Shown: piece after piece, positions 10,750-22,001 of the stretch
How the letters are laid out: the number at the start of each line of letters is the position of its first letter
How positions within the stretch are numbered: position 1 is the stretch's first letter
NCBI GenBank assembly: GCA_965153355.1
Contig: OZ231126.1
Location: 992,001-1,056,000 of the forward strand
From: Flaccisagitta enflata
Taxonomy: Eukaryota
Direction: 5' to 3'
DNA: 64,000 bases
Program-made: the position numbers and the translations under genes
The notes under the pieces: model-generated
Databases searched by the model: none
Told to the model about the DNA's origin: nothing
What the model saw: the letters and a program-made list of their open reading frames with translations, nothing else

Positions 10750-11177
10750 AGTAATAGTATATATAAGAGTTCTTTTATTCTTCTTCATCGAGTAATAGTT
10801 AAGATCAAGGATAGTACAGGAGTGTTCTTCTATTCCACGAAGTAAGGAAGCAAGGCCGGAGTACGGAGTACGGAAGTAAATTGTTCTTTCTTCCTCTTCT
10901 CTTCTTCTTCTCTTCTTCTTCTTCTTCTTCTTCTTCTTCCTTATTTTAATACTATCCCTTCTTCTTCCTTCTTCTTTTTCCTTTTCCTCTTACGGAGGCA
11001 CTGAACCTTCTTCTTCTTCTTCTTCTTTTTCCTCATTCTTCTTCTTCTTCTTCCCTTCCTTCCTTCTGCCTCCACCACCTTCTCCTCCCACTTCCTTTTC
11101 TTTCTTCTCTTCCTTCTCTCTTTTATTTCTCTCTCTCTCTCTCTCTCTCTCTTCGCCCCTCTTCTTCTTCTTCTTCT

Positions 11178-11211
<34 letters not shown>

Positions 11212-11458
11212 TTCCTTCCTCTTCTTCATCTTTTTTTGCTTGAACTTTTTTTTTACTGGCAACTTAAAATGGCTAAATCTCTGCTAAGCGTTGATACAGT
11301 AGGAACAAGTCGGAAAGCACCGACACAGCAGAGAAAAACTTTTGAGACAAAATACAATACAAAAATACAACACAATCAAAACAGGTTAGGTATTCAATAA
11401 AACCGGGTTTAACCAACGGACGAACGGATGGACGGACTGTCTTGGAGCGTGTAAAAGC

Positions 11459-14138
11459 CTGGTATATCGTCCCTGATTTTGGCCATGGTAATTAACAGTA
11501 CTTTAACGCCGTTAATTAACACTATATAGGTACCAGGAAATTAACTAAGAAAAACATTTCTTTATTTTTTAGAAAATTACTGAAAAGAGGTGTTGAAGGT
11601 CGTTGTTAATCATCAGGTACCTACATGCTGTTAATTAACATGCTGTTTTTGATGTTAATTAACACCCCATTTTAGCATGCTAATTAACACAAAAATATAG
11701 ATTATTACAAATTGTTAAAATATACAATTTTTGGTGTTAATTAACAGGCTAATGTTGAAGTTAATTAACATGAAAAAACATGCGTTAATTAATACAAAAA
11801 AATATAGATTATTAACAAATTGATTTTGGTGGATTTATACGCTGTTAACATGTTGTTTTTTAGATGTGTTAATTAACACTACAGTTCAATTATTAATTAA
11901 CCCAAAATATAGATTATTAAATAAATTGTTAAATATTCAATTTTTTCGTGTTAGTTAATGGGAGAAATGTGGTGTTAATTAACATCAAAAACAGCGTGTT
12001 AATTAACACAGACAAAATATAAATTATTAACAAATTGATTTTGTACTTACACGCTGTTAATTAACATGCTGTTTTTGATGGTAATTAATACCCAATTTCA
12101 TGCGTTAATTAATACAAAAAATATGTAGATTATTAACAAAATATTAAGAATATACAATTTTTTGGTGTTAATCAACAGGTGAAATGTGGAGTTAATCAAC
12201 ATCAAAAACAACATGTTAAATAACACAGAAAAAACATAAATTATTAACAAATTGATTTTGTAGCTATACGCTGTTAATTTACATGTTGTTTTTGATGTTA
12301 ATTAACACCACATTTTATGCGTTAATTAACAAATATGAATTATTAACAAAATGTAAAAAATATACCATTTTTTTGTGTTAATTAACAGTTGAAATGTGGT
12401 GTTAATCAACATAAACAACAGCGTGTTAATTAACACAGAAAAAATATGGATTATTAACAAATTGATTTTTTACCTAAACGCTGTCAATTAACATGCTGTT
12501 TTTGATATTAACTAACACCGCATTTCACCTGTTAATTAACACTAAAAAATTTTATATTCTTAATATTTTGTTAATAATCTATATCTTTTTGTGTTAATTA
12601 ACGCATGAAATTGGGTGTTAATTATAATTACCATCAAAAACAGCATACATCAACACAGAAAATATAGACACAACAACTGATTTTGTACTCACACCTCGTA
12701 ATTAACATGCTTTTATGATGTTAATTAACACACATTTCACTCATTAATTATCACAAAAAGATATAGATTATAAACAAAATATTAAGAATATACAATTTTT
12801 TGTAAGTTATTAACAGGTGAATGTGTTAATAACACTGAAAACAGCATGTTACTAACAGCGTTTAGGCAAAAATCACCCTGGTTATAATCTATATTTTTCT
12901 GTGTTAATTAACACGTTGTTTTTTATGTTACTAACACCATTATTTCAACTGCTAATTAACACCAAAAAGGGTATATTTTTTACAAATTGTTAATAATCTA
13001 TATTTTTCTGGTGTTAATTAACGCATGAAATGTGGTGTTAATTGACATCAAAAACAACATGTAAATTAACAGCATATAGCTACAAAATCAATTTGTTAAG
13101 AATCTATATTTTTTCTGTGTTAATTAACACGCTGTTTTTTATGTTAATTAACACCATATTTCAACTGTTAATTAACACCAAAAAATGGTATATTTTTTAC
13201 AATTTGTTAATAATCTATATTTTTTTGGTGTTAATTAACTCATGAAATGTGGCGTTAATTAACATTAAAAACAACATGTAAATTAACAGTGTATAACTAC
13301 AAAATCAATTTGTTAATAATCTATATTTTTTCTGTGTTAATTAACACATTGTTTTTGATGTTGATCAACTCCACATTTTACCTGTTAATCAACACCAAAA
13401 AATTGTATATTCTTAATGTTTTGTTAATAATCTATATTTTTTTTTGTGTTAATTAACGCATGAAATTGGGTGTTAATTACCATCAAAAACAGCATGTTAA
13501 TTAACAGCGTGTGAGTACAAAATCAATTTGTTAATAATCTATATTTTTATGCTAACACGTTGTTTTTGATGTTAATTAACACCACATTTCTCCTATTAAC
13601 TAACACAAAAATAGAATATTTTTAACAATTTGTTAATAATTATTTTTTTAATTAACGCATGAAATGTGGTGTTAATAACATCAAAAACAGCATGTTGATT
13701 AACAGCGTATAGGTACAAAATCAATTTGTTAATAATATATTTTTTTTTTGTGTTAATTAACCCGCTGTTTTTCATGTTAATTAACACTGCATTCCAACCG
13801 TTAATTAACACCAAAAAATGGTATATTTTTAACAATTTGTTGATAATCTATATTTTTTTTGTGTTAATTAACGCCTAAAATGGGGTGTTAATTAACATCA
13901 AAAACAGCATGTTAATTAACAGCATATAGGTACCTGATAATTAACAACAACCTTCAGCACCTATTTTCAGTAATTTTCTGAAAAATAATAAAAGGTTTTT
14001 CTTAGTTAATTTCCTGGTACCTATATCGTGTTAATCAACGACTGTTTTTTAAGTGTTAATTAACAGCAGAAAAACTACCGTTAGAGGGGTTAATGTGCCG
14101 TTAATTAACGCAGGGTATATCGCTCATGATATATCTCG
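11459..14138. mobile_element. Non-coding foldback-like DNA element, copy 1
   Basis: 7-bp TSD TAAAAGC (11452-11458 and 14139-14145); long inverted arms of GTTAATTAAC-rich subrepeats; both ends shared with 37407-40319. Confidence 0.88.
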
Positions 14139-14482
14139 TAAAAGCGTTAGTAGACCGCCATGACCAGGACACAGGCCTACCGACCGAATGAGCGACGCTC
14201 TGATGACGCCATTGCACAGTCTTTCCCCCCCCCCCCCCCGCCATCACAGATGGGTGGAGAGGAGCGGAAAACCTCGAAAGACAGTTTTTGACGGACGGAC
14301 TGACCGATACAGCTAATTCTAGAGTAGCTTGTCCGCGACTAAAAATCATTTTCCTCATTAAAATCAAAATGCGAGGCATCAAAAATGATAAATCGGACAA
14401 ATGAAATGCGGGCATTAAGGAAGAGGAAAATTTGGAGAAAGCTGGAAGACGGGGTTAATTGATAACGCCAATAAGACGACTT

Positions 14483-14704
<222 letters not shown>

Positions 14705-14977
14705 TTCCGTCAACCACTTCAATCTCGCACAACCACTGGGACAACAATAACTTCCAACAGAAGAACTTCTTCTCATTCTTTTCTTCTTCGTTCGCATTGA
14801 GGATATTTTGTAGACATTTGCTTGTCTTTGTTAAAGCAATTCAATTGACAGGGGAATTTTTTGACGAGTTAAAAAGGAAACTTGAATCAAAGCCTTTCAA
14901 GTAATTTTCTTCCCTCCAAGAAGGCAGGGCAAATATTGGCTTAATTTTGTCCCAAACAGACAAAACTACCGGAATGC

Positions 14978-15240
14978 GAGTGTGTTTCTAACGACCGCCA
15001 AAAACGCATTTCTTCCCGTGAAATGTGTTCACAGAATTTCAACTGTCCCACGAGCGAGTGATGGAAGTGAGTGAGCGAGCCTGTGAGAACATTGAGCGAG
15101 CGAAGCGAGAAGAGCAAAGCGGAGCGCTGCGGAGTGAGAGAGCGGAGTTAGAGAGCGGAGTGAGTGGTACGAGCGAACGAAAGTGGAGAGCGACCGAGTG
15201 GTCCGCTCAAAACGCGATTGTCACGAGTAGAAACAGCCCA
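14978..15240. mobile_element. MITE-like element with GAGCGA repeats (second copy at ~20015-20200)
   Basis: inverted ends TGTTTCTA.../...TAGAAACAG; CAACCGAGTGGYCCGCT-like core shared between the two copies. Confidence 0.55.
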
Positions 15241-15635
15241 TCCCTTGAACAGAAATATCGACCAGTAGTTGCATATATGGCAAAATGATTGGAGGCTGTC
15301 AGGCCTAAAATGGAATAATGAAGTTGATGTTGAATCTCATATCACTGTCAGATGAATACCCAAAACTTAGTTGCTTTAAAATCCGGACAAATTCAGCTAC
15401 ATGTATGGAAAGTGGACAACACATAATTAACATTTACAAAACTTAACTCTTAGTCTTGTAATGAGTAGTGAACGCTCTCATACTATTCAAAGATCCAAAA
15501 GTTAGTCAGTCTAGTTGTTGGAAATCTTATCTATTGAAGTCTTTATTTAAAGGCCCCTGTCCAGGAAGACAACCCAGCCGAGATGGAGATGAAGTGGAAT
15601 AAGTGCTTTGGGAAAACAAAAGAATTATTCAGCAT

Positions 15636-15905
15636 TTTTAGTCGCATTCACACCACTCTATGACCCGCTCTGTCCGTCAGTCGGTCAAGCCTTTGGTTGG
15701 TCTCTTGGTCAGTCTGTCTGTGACGCTTAGAGTTTCTATGTCATTATACGGCGTTTGAAGTCATTCTGTGTTACTTTAAGTCAATACAAGTCATGAAAAG
15801 TAAATTTGTCATTTTTTGGGTTTCAAGGCTTTTATTGAAACTGGTGGAGTCAGGTAGATACAAATATTCATGTCCCGCACGCGACTTATAGGTATTGGCC
15901 TTGTT
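15636..15905 (+). mobile_element. DINE-1/HINE-like element
   Basis: TTTTAGTCGC start; CGCACGCGACTTATAGGTATTGGCCTTGTTT end. Confidence 0.65.
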
Positions 15906-16119
15906 TTTTTTTGTTTTTTTTTTCCAAATTGAATTTTCATTAAAATACTACGACGGGACAAGACGGAGAGATCTACGCATACTTTAACACAAAACTCATA
16001 TCAATAGAAAACAAGCCCAACAGGGAATTAGTCGCATACTCCATTTTTCACAAACAAAAACATGATTGTATTTTTACATATTAACGTGATTACATTATGT
16101 CGTAATTACATAATCACAA

Positions 16120-16302
16120 AGTGACATAATTACATAATTACATGATTACATAATCTCATAATTACATAATTACATAATTACATAATTACATAATTACATA
16201 ATTACATAATTACATAATTACATAATTACATAATTACATAATTACATAATTACGTAGTTACATAGTTATATAATTACATAATTACATAATGACATAATTA
16301 CA
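16120..16302. repeat. (ACATAATT)n microsatellite
   Basis: direct reading. Confidence 0.9.
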
Positions 16303-16659
16303 AAATCGCATAATTTTTCATGGATATTCATAGACAAAACTAAAAACATCTATCTTGTTTCATTTATCTCATAAATTAATCGAATAACAACAACAACAGA
16401 AAAAAAGCGGAGAACAAGTTTTCGCGTGAAATAGATCTCGCAGCCCAAAGACAGACTTTTTATTGGATGTTTGAGTGAAACGCGATCGCGCGTGAGATGA
16501 GACGCAAACGCTACTTTGAAAAGACAAAGCGCGTGAGAAGCAAACGCGTGCGCCAGAGAGACGAAGCGTGAAACGTGAACGTGAACGAGAACGCGAGCAA
16601 TCGCGGCCTAAGACAGAATGCGGAACCGGAACGTCAATGAGAAAGCGGGAACCGGAACG

Positions 16660-17130
16660 TCAACGAGAACGCGGGAAGCAAACGCGGGAAACGAACGCGG
16701 GAAGCGAACGCGGGAAGCAAACGCGGGAAGCGAATGCGGGAAGCGAACGCGGAAAACAAACGCGGGAAGCGAACGCGGGAAACGAACGCGGGATGCGAAC
16801 GCGGGAAGCGAACGCGGGAAGCGAACGCGGGAAGCGAACGCGGGAAACGAACGCGGCCCAAGACAGACAAGGCGCAAAAACTGAATGCGTAGACCACGTC
16901 CGCGAAATATGAGAGGAAACGCGATGTGATCATGGAAGGCGCGCAATTGGAGGGTTGGGCATATAAGAAGAGAATGAAAGCGATGGTGGCATGCAGGCTG
17001 AGGGTGGCATGCAGGCTGAGGGTGGCATGCAGGCTGAGGGTGGCATGTAGGCTGAGGGTGGCATGCAGGCTGAGGGTGGCATGCAGACTCAGGGTGGCCT
17101 TTGAGCTGAGGGTGGCATGTAAGCTGAGGC
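16660..17130. repeat. GC-rich minisatellites (AACGCGGGAAGCG)n and (GGTGGCATGCAGGCTGAG)n
   Basis: direct reading. Confidence 0.85.
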
Positions 17131-17247
17131 TTACATGCACGTTGAGACCATCAGCGGGGCCGCATGAGCCGCGGGGCAGCGGGGCTGCATGAGTGCGTGG
17201 ACTTTAAAGAGTGGGACGCGATATGAGGGTTGCAACTTGAAAAAAGA

Positions 17248-17306
<59 letters not shown>

Positions 17307-17390
17307 TTATTATTGTTGTTGTTGTTCTGTTTGTTGTTGTTGTTGCTGTTGTTGTTTTATTTGATGGTTGTTGTTGTTAATTGTTGTTAT

Positions 17391-17442
<52 letters not shown>

Positions 17443-17782
17443 AAATACATTATTTGCGGTTGTTGTTGTTGTTATTTTGTTGTTGTTGTTGTTGTTGTTG
17501 TTATTTGTTGTTGTTGTTGTTTATTGTTGTTGTTGTAGCTGTTTTTGAGGTTGTTGTTGTTGTTGTTGTTGTTGTAGCTGTTTTTGAGGTTGTTGTTGTT
17601 GCTGTTGTTGTAGTTCGTTTTTTGCTGTTGTTGTTGTTTTATTATTGTTATTTTGTTGTTGTTGTTGTTGTTTATTGTTATTTTTGTTGTTGTTATTGTT
17701 CTTGTTGATGTTGTTGTTGTTGTTCTTATTGATGTTGTTGTTGTGTCGTGTTATTGTGTTTGCTGTGTGTCATTGTGGGCAG

Positions 17783-17835
<53 letters not shown>

Positions 17836-18778
17836 CAGAGACAGAGACAGAGACAGACAGACAGAGTGGGAGAGAGAGACAGGGGGAGAGAGATACAGAG
17901 AGAGAAACACAGAAAATCATGTAACACGGGGGAGACAGAAAGACAGAGAGACAAAAAGACAAATAGAAAAAGAAAGAGAAGAAAGAAACAGTAGAGAATG
18001 AATAATTTATACTAAAATGAGTACTGCTAAAACTGACATGATATCAGGATCTAAAGCGGAAGTGGAAGCAGTTGCGGAAGCGGAAGCGCTTGATTATGTA
18101 CTTTCGCTTCTGCTTCCGCTTCCATTAGGCATCCAAAAAATGTTTCACTTCTGCTTCCGCATCCACTTGATTTTGATATTGCGCTTCCACTTCCGCTTCC
18201 GCTTCCATGCTCAGACTACTGCTTCCACGCCGCTATATTCTGTCTCTAGTTTGTTGTTGGTAGTTTTATTATTTTTGTTGTTGTTGTTTATTTGTTATGT
18301 TGTTGTTGTTGTTGTTGTTTATTTATTTGTTGTTGTTATTGTTGTTGTTCTTGTATTTATTTATTTGATGTTGTTGTTGTTGTGTTGTTGTTGAGATTGC
18401 TGTTATCTTGTTTTTGTCATCTTGTTTTTATGATCTTTTTTTTTTGTCATCTTGTTTTTATGATCTTTTTTTTTTTGTCATCTTGTTTTTATGATCTTTT
18501 TTTTTGTTATCTTGTTTTTGTCTTAGGCATGGCATTCTTCAAGAGCAAAGACAAAAGTCAAAAGAAGTCGCTGAGCTAAAACAAGATGTCGTTCCAGTTA
18601 ATGAGCAGCTGACAAAAGAACACACTTTAAGTTCCGAAATTGGGTTGTTCCCATCGAAGTTCGTTTGCATTTGATGGTTTATTTTCCAATCAGTTGAACT
18701 CGCCCGCTTGTCAATCGCTCCGTTTTCCCGTATAGCGTTAAAAGCGATCATACTGTAGCACTATGTTGTACAACTTGT

Positions 18779-18859
<81 letters not shown>

Positions 18860-19310
18860 AAGAGACAGAGATAGAGAATAATGGTAAAAAATAATCATGG
18901 CTAAGAAAATACAATATGATGATAGAGGCCACACCACAAATCAGCTTCCAGAACATTTCTTCCAATAACTGCAACCCAAAGATGAAGAAGGATTGATGCA
19001 TCGCAAAACATAAGAGCAATCATGAGGAGGCAAATGCAAGTTAAAAAGAGATGTCCCACTACAAACCAGCTGCTGGGGCAACTGAACCCAGCTTCTGGAG
19101 CTTCTAGAGCAATTGATCCAACAACTTTAGCGTTGCTTCTGCACTTATGTGCGCCTGTTACAAGACTTGCTGTTAACACACGTCTGATAATGTTAACATA
19201 TCGTCTGATAATCGACAATACGTCAGCAACGCTTTTGTCAACAAAGCCGTTACTGATACCTCAACCCAGCTTGATTTATTAAAAGGATCTCACAAAAAAG
19301 ACTCACAACA

Positions 19311-19917
19311 ATGGATCTTGAAATGGAGAAAGCCTCTTCAGCTCCTCCTCCTGATTACAATACTGCAGTATCAATGGGTCGATCACAAAGTCCAGGACAA
19401 GACCGATTCAAACCACCGTTTGATTCTACGGCAGACCCACCAGCAACCACTCCAACCCAAATCAACATTGAGCCCATGGGGTGGGCACCAAACCCGTATC
19501 AACCATCAGCGAGTCCCGGACATGCGAATTTTCAACCACCAATTTCAATGGAACCGATTCCTTACCCGCCGGTATCAATTCCTTACCCACCGGGATCAAC
19601 GATCAACTCCATACCCTTTGGTGACAACCCCTGTGAGTCCAAACCCTGCAACTTCTTACGGGGCAACTCCAACCCATACCAACTTCCAACCCGTAACATT
19701 GGCTCCAAGTCCGAACAGTTGCCAACCGGCCTCATTGACACCGACTGCAGGACCATCTGGTGGCCAGTTTGTGCCCTCCCTGCCTCCAGAGGCGGGTATC
19801 AGCAAAGACTTCTTACCCGTGGCAATTATTACTTGCATCTTTTGCAACTGGTTTTGTCTCGGATGTGTCTCTCTCTACTTTGCCATCAAAACCAGAGAAG
19901 CTCTCAAGGCCGGCAAT
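19311..19917 (+). CDS. CD225/dispanin-family protein, exon 1 (Pro-rich N-terminus plus first half of the CD225 domain); frameshifted at ~19600
   Basis: MDLEMEKASSAPPPDY... frame switches to ...KDFLPVAIITCIFCNWFCLGCVSLYFAIKTREALKAGN|gtaagt; removing one GATCAAC copy gives a continuous frame. Confidence 0.85.
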
Positions 19918-20261
19918 GTAAGTTGTAACAATGGGTATGTGTCTACTGATTTGTATGACTCTATCTTTGTCTTATTTTCTTTTATTTCTCATATCTCTAT
20001 CTCTATCTCACCAGAGTATGTTTCTACTTATGACAAGAATCTCGATTGTTCCCATGAAACGCGATTTCAGCTTGAACACATTTTCTTGAATTTTAACCAT
20101 CCCACGAAGTAGCCTCTGAACGGAGCGAATGAGCGGAGTGAGCAGTGCGAGCAACCGAGTGGCCCGCTAAAAACGTGATTGTCATGAGTAGAAACAGACC
20201 CAATATTCAGGGATGAATTGATCTCTACTACTAACTGAATTGGATTTTTGTTGTTTTTTTT

Positions 20262-21625
20262 TTTTAGTCGCTCGCACGCGACTCTACAACCCGCTCCATT
20301 TTCGGTCCGTTGGTCGGTCCGTTGGTTGGTCACTTTGCTTTTTTGCGTCGTTTATGGTCATTTTGGGTTGTCTGGAGTCATTTTGAATCATTATTTGTTG
20401 TTTTTGGTCATTTTTGGTCATTTTTTGTCATTTTTGGTCATTCTTGATCATTTATGTCATTTGTGTCGTTTTTGGGCATTTAAAGTAGATTTAAGTCCTT
20501 TTAAGTCATTTCGGGACGTTTCAGATCATTTTTAGTCGCATGCTACGCGACTCTATAAGCCACTTTTCGGTTGGTCCATTAGTCGGTTGGTCACAAAACT
20601 GTTTTTAAGGTTTTCTAAAGCGTTTTTCATGTCTCTGAATGGCAGAGAAGAATTTTTGTGGAACAAAAGGCCATTTCAAATGTCTTTTTGAGGAAAAAAT
20701 TGTTTGTTTGTCTGTCTGCCTGATTGTTTTTGAAAATGCCGACGCACGCGACTTAGGTCTAATGACCTTGTCATTTATTTTACATCGTTTTTGTTATGTT
20801 TTGGTAATCTATGTCATTTTGTTCATTTTGATCATTTAACTCATTTTTTTCCTTTTTTGTTGTTTTTTAACTCAATGGGTCTTCTCTGGACATAATGGGT
20901 CACTTTGGGTCATTGTAGGTCATTTTGGGTCAGTTTGAGTTATTTCAAGCTCGAGGCTAGAGCCTCCAGGATAGAGCCTCTGGGCTGGGGACTCCCTCAT
21001 TTGTCATTTTTTTGGGATTTTGTCATGTTTTGTCATATTGAGGTTTTTTGGAGTTATTCTTAATCAGTTTGGGGCACTTAGGGTTTTGTAATCATTTTAG
21101 GTCAATTAAAGTCACTCTGCGTCATTTTGAATTGTTTTGTCGTTTCCTGTTTCGAAACTGGTGGGTTTTGAGGTCTGGGTTAAGAGTGGTGGGTCTCATG
21201 GTAAAAATTGAAGCTGGTGGGTCTCAAGGCTTAAATTGAAACTGGTGGGTTTCAAAGCTTTAATTGAATGTGATGGGTTTTGGGGCTTGGGTTGGGTCAA
21301 GGATTTCGGGGCTTGGGGACGGTGACATTAAAGATTTGGGTGAAACTTGTGGGGTCTGAGGGTTGAAATTGGGGCTGGTGGGTTCCGGGGCTTGAATTAG
21401 GACTGTAGGGTTTCAAGGCTTAAATTGAAAGTGGTGGGTCTCAGTGCTTTAAATAAACTGGAGGGGTTTCACGGCTTAGACTGAGACTGTACGATTTAGA
21501 GGCTTTGATTGAAACTTGTGGAGTCAGGTCAATGAAACTATGAAACTATGAAACTATGAAACTATGAAACTATGAAACTATGAAACTTTGAAACTATGAA
21601 AATATGTCCCGCACGCGACTTATAA
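20262..21625 (+). mobile_element. DINE-1/HINE-like element with a second copy nested at ~20530-20770
   Basis: two 5' palindromic termini and two 3' CGCACGCGACTT ends in nested order. Confidence 0.65.
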
Positions 21626-22001
21626 CCTAGCACTATCTAGCTCACAAATATATCGACAAAATGGGGATTAGTTGCTTTAATGACATAAAATCTATAGAAA
21701 TAGGCTAGTAATACGAAAACAGCTAAAATGTCAAAAAATGGTCTCCCGCACATGGATCGGCTCGTATTTACATGGGTCACACTATTTACAGCCACCAATG
21801 ACACTTTTGACTCATTTCATGTCGCCTGCAATAGTATAAGTGAGCGGTATCTGCCCTTCAGTTTCTGGCACTTTTTTTTCTCCAAGAAAATGGAGCTATA
21901 CCGTGTCTTGCAATGAGTTATTATGAGTAGATATGAGCTAAAAACCTACCAGATGATTGATTTAGATACTGGTTATGACGCTGGCACCACCTAGACCAAT
22001 G

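Noticed and set aside
16568-17192. Repetitive ORFs (REANAGSERGK; VACRLR)
   Set aside because: They are translations of 13- and 18-bp minisatellites open in several frames, with no coding signature.
21940-22001. Target-site duplication for the LINE
   Set aside because: Only 4-5 bp matches (ACCA/ACCAG) to the 3' flank, which cannot be distinguished from chance.
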